Origin: Candidatus Poribacteria bacterium | Lineage (GTDB): Bacteria > Poribacteria > WGA-4E > WGA-3G | DNA length: 64,000 nucleotides | Assembly (NCBI GenBank): GCA_965218285.1 | Contig: OZ244616.1 | Location: 5,960,270 to 6,024,269 of the forward strand | Direction: 5' to 3' | Part shown: positions 9,340 to 18,132 of the stretch, piece after piece | How the letters are laid out: each line of letters starts with the position of its first letter | How positions within the stretch are numbered: the first letter of the stretch is position 1 | Notes under the pieces: generated by a model | The model's database searches: none | Seen by the model: only the letters and a program-made list of their open reading frames with translations | Told to the model about the DNA's origin: nothing | Made by a program: the position numbers and the translations under genes

Positions 9340-10743
9340 ATGAAACTTCGTATAATAGGTATCTTGGTATCAATTATGTTTACTGCACAAATAACCGCTG
9401 ATCGGTTCGAGGATTTCAGTGTTGATCCAAACTGGGAAGGCAAAGGTAACCGCATTGATGAAGCGCATTCACGAACCGTTGTGCAAGACTTCGGTTACAG
9501 TCGCACGAATTATGCGGGCGGCGAGATGCCGGGCGAGATCGGCGGAAACATCTCGCGTTCGCTGACCCCGGCGACTTACGCCACAGTTGTCTCCACGAAA
9601 ACGCTCAATGACCTGCTCACAGCGTCTGGCAAGTTCACTGTCACCCAAGCCAATAAAAGTAGTGGGGTATTGGTGGGTTGGTTTAATGCTGCTTCAGAAA
9701 GTTGGAGAATGCCCAATTCGCTTGTGTTCCGATTAGATGGCCAGGGCGGAAAATACTGGGTTTTCTTTGAATACGGGACGCAGAATCATCGGACGGGCGG
9801 CGGAGAAACCTTTGAAGGACGACGATATCAGACGACGAAAACCCCACCAGAACCGGCTGGCACAGTTCATACGTGGTCACTGACTTACGACCCGAACGGT
9901 GCTGCAGGTAATGGTGAGATAACTTTTGTCATGGATGGGAAGACTTATACGGCACCACTAATGCCCGGGCACAAAGCCGATGGTGCTACCTTCAATCGCT
10001 TTGGCATAGTGAACTTACAGGTTTCTGGGAAGGGGATGAACATTTATCTTGATGACCTGAGCGTTGATGGAGAATCGTACGATTTCACCGATGACCCAGA
10101 TTGGGAAGAGAAGGGCAACCGGGCCACGTTCAATGATCGCGAAATCCGACCGTTCCATAACTTTGGGTGGAGCGCAACGAACCACGCTGGTGGAACGCTT
10201 GGGGAAGTTGGTGGGTTGATTTGGCGGGCAGATGAAAGAAAACCTGAGCAGGCTGCGTATTATGCCGATCAAATTGGGCATCTGACCATGGCGCATAAGC
10301 TTGAGGCATCGGGGAAGGTCGCAATGATTCGAGCGAGTGCTGACAGTGCTGTTCTCATCGGTTGGTTCAATTCCCGAACCCATATCGGTGCCCCACCGAG
10401 CAACTTTGTGGGAATCATGGTTGAGGGACCCAGTCGTGTTGGACATTACTTCCGTCCTGTCTACGCGAATTCCCAAGGTCAGTACGAAATCATGGGGAAA
10501 GGACCCGTAATTAAGCCTTCTTGCACATCGCATCGGTGGCAACTTTCTTACACGCCAGATGCAAACGATGGAAACGGACAGGTTACAGTCACGTTCAATG
10601 ACGAGACGGTTTCGCTTAATCTCAAACCCGGTATTCGCACGGATGGCGCAGTTTTTGATCGGTTCGGCATTCTTTCGTTTCAGCGAGGTGGGCATTTTGT
10701 CGATATTTACTTTGATGATATTTCTTATACCGTTTCTCAATGA
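9340..10743 (+). CDS. Secreted hypothetical protein made of two homologous ~220-aa halves
   Basis: Signal-like MKLRIIGILVSIMFTAQITA. The two halves begin FEDFSVDPNWEGKGNR and YDFTDDPDWEEKGNR and end FNRFGIVNLQVSG..MNIYLDDLS and FDRFGILSFQRGGHFVDIYFDDIS. No family recognised. Confidence 0.6.
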   Translation: MKLRIIGILVSIMFTAQITADRFEDFSVDPNWEGKGNRIDEAHSRTVVQDFGYSRTNYAGGEMPGEIGGNISRSLTPATYATVVSTKTLNDLLTASGKFTVTQANKSSGVLVGWFNAASESWRMPNSLVFRLDGQGGKYWVFFEYGTQNHRTGGGETFEGRRYQTTKTPPEPAGTVHTWSLTYDPNGAAGNGEITFVMDGKTYTAPLMPGHKADGATFNRFGIVNLQVSGKGMNIYLDDLSVDGESYDFTDDPDWEEKGNRATFNDREIRPFHNFGWSATNHAGGTLGEVGGLIWRADERKPEQAAYYADQIGHLTMAHKLEASGKVAMIRASADSAVLIGWFNSRTHIGAPPSNFVGIMVEGPSRVGHYFRPVYANSQGQYEIMGKGPVIKPSCTSHRWQLSYTPDANDGNGQVTVTFNDETVSLNLKPGIRTDGAVFDRFGILSFQRGGHFVDIYFDDISYTVSQ

Positions 10744-10764
10744 TGGCATCACATAAACAAAAAG

Positions 10765-11382
10765 CCCGTTTGTAGTCGCGCACTTCATAGTGCCTCTTAC
10801 ATTCAAAAGAGGTGCGGCGTATAAGAGGCGCGTGAAGTGCGCGACTCCAAACGCACTTGTTGTTAGGTTAGAGAAGCTATTGCATTAAGAAGAAACCCGT
10901 TTGTAGTCGCGCACTTCATAGCGCCTCTTACATTCAAAAGAGGTGCGGCGTATAAGAGGCGCGTGAAGTGCGCGACTACGAACGCACTTGTTGTTAGGTT
11001 AGAGAGGCTATTGCATTAAGAAGAAACCCGTTTGTAGTCGCGCACTTGTTGTTAGGTTAGAGAAGCTATTGCATTAAGAAGAAACCCGTTTGTAGTCGCG
11101 CAATTCATAGCGCCTCTTACATTCAAAAGAGGTGCGGCGTATAAGAGGCGCGTGAAGTGCGCGACTACGAACGCACTTGTTGTTAGGTTAGAGAGGCTAT
11201 TGCATTAAGAAGAAACCCGTTTGTAGTCGCGCAATTCATAGTGCCTCTTACATTCAAAAGAGGTGCGGCGTATAAGAGGCGCGTGAAGTGCGCGACTACG
11301 AACGCACTTGTTGTTAGGTTAGAGAGGCTATTGCATTAAGAAGAAACCCGTTTGTAATCGCGCAATTCATAGCGCCTCTTAC
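10765..11382. repeat. Tandem array of a 131-bp REP-doublet unit (4 full units, 1 internally deleted, 1 partial)
   Basis: Units start at 10765, 10896, 11027 (58-bp deleted form), 11085, 11216 and 11347. Each unit holds a REP, its inverted copy and an identical linker. Confidence 0.9.
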
Positions 11383-11713
11383 ATTGTTCCTATGTTTTTT
11401 CGCAGCTTTGTTTGAAAAATACTAACGTATAAATAATTCTAAAATCTACCATAAATAGAAATGCATATCGGTGTTTGTAAAATTAAGTTATATTTGCCAG
11501 AGAGTCAGTCACTGAAGGATAAGCGCAGGGTACTCAAAAGTTTAATTGCTCGGTTGAAAAACCGATTTAATGTCGCAATTGCCGAAGTTGAAGCGCAAGA
11601 TATACATCAATCTGCTGTTTTAGTGGTTGACTCGCCAAGATTTTATAGTATAATTCTTCTGTCTATGGTATAATTCTTCTATCTATTGTATCAAAATGGA
11701 GAGGAGAATTTAG

Positions 11714-12943
11714 ATGGGCAAACGAATACATCACCTTCGTGAAGTCAGTGAAGCAGAAGTAGCAGAACTGCGAACACTTTCAAGTTCACGCACACAACCT
11801 TATCGGACGGTGCAGCGTGCGAAGTTGATTGTCAGCATGCTTGATGACGAGACGCTCACAGCGACCCAAGCTGCGAAACAGGTGGGTTTCAAATCAAGCA
11901 ACTCTGGTGCGTGTTGGGTCAAACGCTTCAATGAAACAGGTATCAAAGGTCTTGCTGATAAACCGAAAAGTGGCAAACCGCGCACGCATTCAACTGAAGT
12001 GCGGGGTCAATTGATAGATTTAGCATTGCGTAAACCGCGTAGTCTTGATTATCCGTTTGAGTTGTGGACACTGAAACGCTTGCAAACTGCGTTTATAGAG
12101 AGAACGGGTATTCATCTTTCTGATTCAACGATCTGGGAGTGGCTCAAAGAAGAGGGGTTACATTGGAAGCGTCAACAGAGTTGGTTTCGTGAAGCAGAAA
12201 AACAGGACGAAGCGTTTGTTGAAAAAAGGGGGCCATCATAGCAGCATACGTCAATCGTCCGCCTCAAACGCGTGTGATTTGTATTGACGAGCTGGGCCCG
12301 ATCTCGGCTAATACCCAATTAACGGGATTTGTAGTGCAAGGACCCCGTGCCTTGCACTGCTGACCTTATCGGAAAACTTTTAATTCCGTTAATTTGGTAT
12401 AAGACATACCCGGGTGAAGTGTGGCAACAAGGTTCGCATCGTGCGACATTTGAACCGGACTATGGTCGTCGTGGGAAAGTGTGGGTTCATGGTGCGTTTG
12501 AACCGGCGACGGGTCAAGCGGAGATAGTGATTTCAGAGCGTAGGGATAGTGCGAGTCATATTGCGTTGATTGAGAAAGTAATGGAGAAGTTTCCTTCAGA
12601 AAGATGGCTTCTGATTGAAGACAATCTTTCTACTCACCATAGTCGTGATGTGAAGACAGCATTATTGGCGTGGCCGGAGATTGGGGTGCAGTTTATTCCG
12701 AAATATGCGTGTTGGTTGAACTTGATAGAACCTTGGTGGAAACAGTTGAAGTCTCTGGCACTGAAAGGGAGGCGATTTGAGACGCGAGAGGAACTGACCG
12801 ATGCGCTTGATAGTGCGGTGTGTTGGTGGAATGAGCATAAACGCCCATACCGGTGGAAGAAAATGCCACAACAGCAACCGAGATACAAGTTAGGTGCCTA
12901 TGGCACCAGTATGGAGAACATAAATCAAATACTTACCGAGTGA
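11714..12943 (+). pseudogene. IS630-family DDE transposase, frameshifted and interrupted by a MITE
   Basis: HTH N-terminus (11714-12241). Frame change at the gaaaaaaggggg run near 12225. MITE at 12311-12400. DDE part 12347-12943 (IEDNLSTH ... LNLIEPWW). Confidence 0.75.
12311..12400. mobile_element. IS630-derived MITE (family C) nested in the IS630 transposase gene
   Basis: Termini atacccaattaacggg / ccgttaatttggtat. Core gtagtgcaaggaccccgtgccttgcac. Flanking TA/TAA. Confidence 0.75.
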
Positions 12944-13205
12944 ACCATTTAGGGGCAGTATCAGTGGCAAATGAAGTAAAATTTGTAAATCAAATTCTAT
13001 CGCAGTGTGTTAAATTCATTGAGGAAAATTCATCGGTAGTTTTGGTTGATTATGAGACAGAATTCTTCTTCTAAAAATGAAATATAAATGTCCGTTGGGT
13101 AGAACGCAGCGAAACCCAACAGATATGTTTAATTGTTGGGTTTCACGTTGTTCTACCCAACCTACGGTTTTAGTAAATCTTCCGAAACCAGAAAGGTCAG
13201 CGATT

Positions 13206-13586
13206 ATGATAGAAAATAGAAGACAAGACCGGGTAAGTGCGCTTATCCAAAGAGAGTTGAGCGAGGTTATTCATCGTGTTGTAAAAGATCCGCGCGTTGC
13301 CTTTTGCACCGTCACCTATGCAGATGTTTCCTCTGACCTCAAGTATGCTGATGTCAAGGTGAGTGTTATCGGTGATTTGGAACAGAAGGAAGCAGCACTT
13401 GCGGGGCTTAAGAGTGCTGCTGGGTTTCTTCGACGAGAAATAGGTCGACGTTTGACACTCAGATATTCACCTGAACTGCGGTTTAGCTTAGATGATTCAG
13501 TTGACCATCTAATGAAAATAGATGGACTTCTTAAAGAAATTGACGATGAAGAGAAAGTCTCGGAAGATCCTACACAAGACATATAA
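13206..13586 (+). CDS. rbfA: Ribosome-binding factor A
   Basis: RQDRVSALIQRELSEVI...DPR...VT...VS.DL..A.V and the operon position fit RbfA. The track N-terminal extension (13077) covers a hairpin repeat and is unlikely to be coding. Confidence 0.85.
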   Translation: MIENRRQDRVSALIQRELSEVIHRVVKDPRVAFCTVTYADVSSDLKYADVKVSVIGDLEQKEAALAGLKSAAGFLRREIGRRLTLRYSPELRFSLDDSVDHLMKIDGLLKEIDDEEKVSEDPTQDI

Positions 13587-13591
13587 TTAAA

Positions 13592-14572
13592 ATGAATAGT
13601 TTTCGCGCCCTCCTTGCCTTATTTGAGCAACATCAGACTTTTGCAATATCAACACACGTTAATCCGGATGGTGATGCTATCGGTTCAGAATTAGCACTAT
13701 TCCTGTTTCTGGAGAAATTAGGGAAAACCGTAAGGATGTTTAATACGGATGCGGTGCCGAAAAAGTACCAGTTCCTTCCGTTTTGGGAAAAAATTGAAAA
13801 CGCGCAAGCATCAACGGACTTTTGCCCTGATATATTCATCATCGTAGATGCAAGTTCGCGTGAACGGATTGGCACATTTCTCAGCAAACGTTTGAGACCG
13901 ATGCATGCTGTTGTAAATATCGACCACCATATTACTACTGAGGATTTTGGAGACTACAACATTATTGTCCCGACTGCTTCGTCAACAGCGGAAATCATTT
14001 ACAAGTTTATTAAATCCACTAACTTGCCGATTGATGCGGATTGCGCGGTGTGTTTATATACCGGACTTATGTTTGATACGGGGTGTTTTCGCTATAGTAA
14101 TGCAACATCAGAGACACATCGTATAGCGGCTGATTTAATAGCGATCGGTGATTTCGCGCCAGATGAAATTTATTGCCGGGTTTATGAGCATGTGCCACTT
14201 GAGAAAATTCATCTGCTGGGTCAAACGCTACGGACATTAAAACTCACGGCTGATGGTAAGATAGCATGGGTTTTGGTTACGCAGTCCATGTTAGTTGAAA
14301 CAGATACGACATTGGACGATGTAGAAGGCTTTGTTAATCAGATTCAAGCGATTGATAGTGTTGAAGTGGCTATCTGTGTTTGCGAACTGCCGGACGGTAA
14401 CACCAAAGTAAGTCTACGTAGTGAAGGTCGTGTTGATGTTGCTGCGCTTGCGGCGGAATTCAACGGTGGCGGACATGAACGTGCTTCGGGTTGTCGTATC
14501 AATCTGCCATCTGCGTCTGCTATAACAATGCTTGTGACAAGTGCTAAACGGCATATTCAGGAAAATTGTTAG
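13592..14572 (+). CDS. nrnA: DHH/DHHA1 phosphoesterase (NrnA-like bifunctional oligoribonuclease/pAp phosphatase)
   Basis: H.NPDGDAIGS, DHH (NIDHH) and GGGH (FNGGGHERASG) motifs. Confidence 0.75.
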   Translation: MNSFRALLALFEQHQTFAISTHVNPDGDAIGSELALFLFLEKLGKTVRMFNTDAVPKKYQFLPFWEKIENAQASTDFCPDIFIIVDASSRERIGTFLSKRLRPMHAVVNIDHHITTEDFGDYNIIVPTASSTAEIIYKFIKSTNLPIDADCAVCLYTGLMFDTGCFRYSNATSETHRIAADLIAIGDFAPDEIYCRVYEHVPLEKIHLLGQTLRTLKLTADGKIAWVLVTQSMLVETDTTLDDVEGFVNQIQAIDSVEVAICVCELPDGNTKVSLRSEGRVDVAALAAEFNGGGHERASGCRINLPSASAITMLVTSAKRHIQENC

Positions 14573-15537
14573 TATCGGGGTTGCAAACCCCTTCTACAAG
14601 GCGGAGAAGAATTTTGCAAACCTACTATAATTTGGAATCTATCCCCGAATTAGCGCGGGACTCGGTGCTTACCTTTGGGGTATTTGATGGATTACATATT
14701 GGTCATCAAGATGTTCTCAAAACAGTTCGTGAACGTGCTGATGCTGATAACCTGACAAGTGTCCTCTTCGGGTTTTATCCACACCCTCTAACATTCCTTG
14801 CCCCCGATAAATGCCCACCTGTCCTGATGTGTCTACCGAAACGCGTTGAAATCCTCGAACAACTTGGCATAGATGTAGCAATTTTTGTTAACTTCAATGA
14901 ACAGATTGCTTCTATGTCTCCGTGGACTTTTGTGAACCGCATTTTGCTTGAATTGTGCAGTGCGAAGCATGTGGTTGTTGGTTACGCTTGCCAGTTCGGA
15001 AAGGATCGGGCAGGGAATGCCGAGCTGCTGAAGTCTATCGGGCAAGAATCTGGATTTGGTGTTACGGTTGTTCCACCGACACAGTTAAATGGGTTACCAG
15101 TACATAGTACGCGCATTCGACAAGCAATTGGGAGAGGTGACCTCGTGTTGGGATCGCAACTGCTCGGGAGAACGTATTCGTTGCGTGGGACCATTGTGCA
15201 GGGAGATGGACGGGGTAGACAGATCGGTTTTCCGACTGCGAATATTGAACCGGGCACCCAGCTTTGTCCGCCGAACGGTGTTTACGCTATTCGCGCGAAA
15301 TCGGTGAATCGATGGTTGGATGGTGTGCTGAATATCGGGATTCGTCCTACTTTTGACGGGACTAAATTTCAGGTGGAGAGCCATTTGTTTGATTTTGATG
15401 AGGATATATACGGCGAAACGATTGAGATATTTTTTATTGAGAAGATTCGGAATGAACGCAAATTCTCGGATATACAAACGTTAGTACAACAGATTCATAG
15501 AGATATTGCTGTTGCCCATGAAATTTTGGCAGTGTAG
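14566..15537 (+). CDS. ribF: Bifunctional riboflavin kinase / FMN adenylyltransferase
   Basis: GVFDGLHIGHQ nucleotidyltransferase motif and C-terminal riboflavin kinase motif (GRQIGFPTAN...E.H.FDF). The true start may be TTG 14614 behind GGAGAAGA. Confidence 0.85.
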   Translation: MLVSGLQTPSTRRRRILQTYYNLESIPELARDSVLTFGVFDGLHIGHQDVLKTVRERADADNLTSVLFGFYPHPLTFLAPDKCPPVLMCLPKRVEILEQLGIDVAIFVNFNEQIASMSPWTFVNRILLELCSAKHVVVGYACQFGKDRAGNAELLKSIGQESGFGVTVVPPTQLNGLPVHSTRIRQAIGRGDLVLGSQLLGRTYSLRGTIVQGDGRGRQIGFPTANIEPGTQLCPPNGVYAIRAKSVNRWLDGVLNIGIRPTFDGTKFQVESHLFDFDEDIYGETIEIFFIEKIRNERKFSDIQTLVQQIHRDIAVAHEILAV

Positions 15538-15697
15538 CGCGAGGTCCCCGTGCCTTGCAATCTAACGCATTCCCAGTGTAGCGCGAGGTCCCCGTGCCTC
15601 GCAATCTAATACCATTTCTGAACGATGGCATCACATTAACAAAAAACGCGTTCGTAGTCGCGCAATTCATAGCGCCTCTTACACGCAGCACCTCTTA

Positions 15698-16884
15698 TAC
15701 CAAATTAACGGGATTCATATTGTTTTTCGATTTCACAAATCCATTGAAACCCGACATGTGGCTGCACAATGTCCCAGTTTTTTGAGAACCATTGACACCG
15801 ATTGACAAGCACTTTTTCAAGAGACGAAAGTGTTTTCAGGACACGATTGGCGATCACTTCTCGTAACAAAGGCCAAAGTCGTTCGGCAGGTTGTAGTTCT
15901 GGCGAATAAGGAGGCAAATAAAACAACTCAATGCCCGCAGGCACTTGCACCGCTTTACTTATGTGAAACCCTGCGCGATCCACAAGCAGCACTATCTGTT
16001 TCTTTGCTTCGGGATTCACATCGCGCGCAAACTCTGCCAGTGCAAGGTTCATCACCTCAACACTGACGGTGGGCAATAGAAGCCAGTAGGTTTCGCCTGT
16101 CTGCGGACGAACGAAACCGAACCCGTAGAGCCATTTATGTGCCGGGCAAACCGTTGCCGTTGGTCGCACGCCTTTTTTCGCCCATACACGTCGGTGAACC
16201 GGTAATAAACCCAAACGGGTTTCGTCTTCCGCCCAAACTTCTACCGGTTTTTCCGGGTGCTCACTTTTAAGGGCAGCAACACGCTCTTCTAACTTTTTTT
16301 TAAAGGTCTGCTGTGCCTCCGGTGTCGCAGCGGCTTGATGTTGCGGACGCGGTCTCTGCAAAGTCCAACCAAGTCTTCTAAGATATTTCCAACCTGTCAC
16401 GGCACTCACAGGTCGCTTCAGTGTCTCAGATATCCAAGTCGCAACTTTGGGACCTGTCCAGAGCCCGCCATCAATAGGCGGTGCCGAAAGTGCTTTTTCA
16501 AGGGATGCTTGCTGTTGTGCATCAAGGAAGGGACGCCCACCATTGGTTTTTCGTTTGTCTCGCAGTGCCTCTTCGCCATCAGCGTTATAGTGCCTGCGAA
16601 GTTTCCTAACGCAGTCAGGCGTGCAGCCAACGATGTCCGCAACTTCGCGCGGTTTTCTCGGATTTTCGGTGTCAGCAAGGAGCCAAATCGCATGCCACCG
16701 CATCCGTTCCCGTGGGCATTCACATGCCAGATACCTTTGTTTCAATGCTTCTATTGACAAATGAGGTGAAACTCCGTGTTTAGGGTTTTTCATGTGTGGT
16801 GAAACTCCGTGTTTAGGGTTTTTCATGTGTTTAGTGTAGCAGATTAAAAAAAATAAAACAATACGAATTCCGTTAATTTGGTAT
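15698..16884 (-). mobile_element. IS630-like element 2 (apparently intact), inserted in a REP array
   Basis: About 25-bp terminal inverted repeats taccaaattaacgggattcatattg / caatacgaattccgttaatttggta. TA on both flanks. These termini match those of the family C MITEs. Confidence 0.8.
15705..16826 (-). CDS. IS630-family DDE transposase
   Basis: HTH N-terminus, then DDE region (WAEDETRLG ... LLVDRAGFH ... LQPAERLW). The 5' end has a 33-bp tandem duplication (MKNPKHGVSPH x2), so the real start may be 16793. Confidence 0.85.
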   Translation of the reverse strand: MKNPKHGVSPHMKNPKHGVSPHLSIEALKQRYLACECPRERMRWHAIWLLADTENPRKPREVADIVGCTPDCVRKLRRHYNADGEEALRDKRKTNGGRPFLDAQQQASLEKALSAPPIDGGLWTGPKVATWISETLKRPVSAVTGWKYLRRLGWTLQRPRPQHQAAATPEAQQTFKKKLEERVAALKSEHPEKPVEVWAEDETRLGLLPVHRRVWAKKGVRPTATVCPAHKWLYGFGFVRPQTGETYWLLLPTVSVEVMNLALAEFARDVNPEAKKQIVLLVDRAGFHISKAVQVPAGIELFYLPPYSPELQPAERLWPLLREVIANRVLKTLSSLEKVLVNRCQWFSKNWDIVQPHVGFQWICEIEKQYESR

Positions 16885-16885
16885 T

Positions 16886-17066
16886 ACACGCAGCACCTCT
16901 TTCGTTCGTAATCGCGCAATTCACGCACCTCTTTCGTTCGTAGTCGCGCACTTCATTGCGCCTCTTACACGCAGCACCTCTTTCGTTCGTAGTCGCGCAA
17001 TTCATTGCGCCTCTTACACGCAGCACTTCTTTCGTTCGTAGTCGCGCAATTCATTGCGCCTCTTAC
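16886..17066 (+). repeat. REP array (about 4 direct copies) upstream of the RAYT-like gene
   Basis: Repeated gttcgtagtcgcgcaattcattgcgcctcttac with the constant linker acgcagcacctctttc. Confidence 0.85.
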
Positions 17067-17156
17067 ATTTTGATTGAGCACTCATTTAGTGCTTGACTTA
17101 AGAAAATACGCATTGTATAGTTGTATAACCTAAGAGATACGTGCATTGAACACGAA

Positions 17157-17370
17157 TGTAAGAGGCGCAATGAATTGCGCGACTACGAACGGGTTTCTTC
17201 TTGAGAAAAACATTACTATAATGTCCGAGGCGCAATGAATTAATGAATGAATTAATGTAAGAGGCGCAATGAATTGCGCGACTACGAACGGGTTTCTTCT
17301 TGAGAAAAACATTACGAACACTAATACGAGCACGAATGTAAGAGGCGCAATGAATTGCGCGACTACGAAC
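17157..17370 (-). repeat. Three REP copies in the opposite orientation directly upstream of the RAYT-like gene
   Basis: gtaagaggcgcaatgaattgcgcgactacgaac at about 17157, 17257 and 17337. Confidence 0.85.
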
Positions 17371-17404
17371 ACGCTATACGAACGCGCTAATTGAGAAATC
17401 AAAC

Positions 17405-18001
17405 ATGTATCATTATCGTAAACTTACTCCTGAACAGAAAACAGAAGCCGTGCAACAGCGGCAGTTGAGAGGCATGCCAAATCATAGACCACCACGTTTC
17501 GGTAACACCAGCGGATGGTTTCTCATTACCGCATCTACCTTTGAACATAAACCATATTTCAATACCGACGAAGATAGGACACAGCTTTTCGATGAAATAC
17601 AAAAAGAACTTGTGGATGTTGAAATACTTATTAGTGGTTGGAGCATATTGGCGAACCATTATCACCTTTTAGTTGAATGTAATCCACTTTCATCAATTAG
17701 CCAACCGATACGACGTGTCCATGCCCGTAGTGCACGTGAATTGAATCGACGTGATGAAGTGTCCGGGCGCAAAGTATGGCACCTTTTCAGCGATCGACAT
17801 ATTCGCAATGAACGCCATTATTACACAACTCTAAACTACATCCATTATAATGCGACAAAACATGATTATGTGGAAAAACCTTCAAACTGGATGTGTTCAA
17901 GTTTACATTGGTATGAAGAGCATTTTGGGATAGAATGGTTACGGGATCTGTGGCGTAAATATCCTGTGCGGAATTATGGAAAAGGATGGGATTGGATATA
18001 A
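17405..18001 (+). CDS. REP-associated tyrosine transposase (RAYT; IS200-like HUH/Y1 family)
   Basis: HUH motif in LANHYHLLVE and a Tyr motif in LNYIHYNATKHDYV. About 198 aa. Flanked on both sides by REP copies in inverted orientation. Confidence 0.75.
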   Translation: MYHYRKLTPEQKTEAVQQRQLRGMPNHRPPRFGNTSGWFLITASTFEHKPYFNTDEDRTQLFDEIQKELVDVEILISGWSILANHYHLLVECNPLSSISQPIRRVHARSARELNRRDEVSGRKVWHLFSDRHIRNERHYYTTLNYIHYNATKHDYVEKPSNWMCSSLHWYEEHFGIEWLRDLWRKYPVRNYGKGWDWI

Positions 18002-18091
18002 TACGCAATTAACCCGATTTGTAGTGCGAGGTCCCCGTGCCTCGCAATGCTAATCGCTATTAGAAAACTTCGAATCAAGTTAATTTGGTAT
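18001..18091. mobile_element. IS630-derived MITE (family C)
   Basis: atacgcaattaacccgatttgtagtgcgaggtccccgtgcctcgcaatgc...caagttaatttggtata. Confidence 0.75.
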
Positions 18092-18132
18092 AAGAGGAAT
18101 AGGAAAGGGATGGGATTGGATATAAGAGGAAT

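Larger units (their letters stand above)
11623..12949 (+). mobile_element. IS630-like element 1 (degenerate), TA target duplication
   Basis: TA at 11621-11622 and 12950-12951. Ends gtggttgactcgccaag / cttaccgagtgaaccat are inverted repeats. Confidence 0.8.
11461..13074 (+). pseudogene. ylxP: DUF503 (YlxP-like) gene split by an IS630-like insertion
   Basis: 5' part 11461-11622 (MHIGVCKIKLYLPESQSLKDKRRVLKSLI...HQSAVL). 3' part 12950-13074 (GAVSVANEVKFVNQILSQCVKFIEENSSVVLVDYETEFFF). Joining across the TA restores one frame. Confidence 0.7.

Noticed and set aside
10765-11382. Possible CRISPR array (regularly spaced ~30-nt palindromic repeats).
   Set aside because: The intervening sequences are identical from unit to unit and the repeats alternate in orientation. 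This is a tandemly amplified REP doublet. No cas genes are present in the window.
12853-13074. 73-aa ORF.
   Set aside because: It is a chimera of the IS630 right end and the displaced 3' part of ylxP. It is accounted for by the ylxP pseudogene call.
13077-13205. N-terminal extension of rbfA (MKYKCPLGRTQRNPTD...).
   Set aside because: It covers an inverted-repeat hairpin (ttgggtagaacgcagcgaaacccaac / gttgggtttcacgttgttctacccaac). The canonical RbfA N-terminus starts at ATG 13206, which has an RBS.
15434-15691. ORFs lying in REP/MITE sequence. This also applies to 16844..17026, 17130..17402, 10559..10756 and 15594..15785.
   Set aside because: They are made of repeat consensus sequence. The same peptides (AQFIAPLT, RGAMNCATTN) recur wherever the REP occurs.
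16886-17066. Possible short CRISPR array (four ~33-nt repeats with 16-nt spacing).
   Set aside because: The spacers are too short and all identical (acgcagcacctctttc). The repeat is the same REP found throughout the window and next to a RAYT-like gene.
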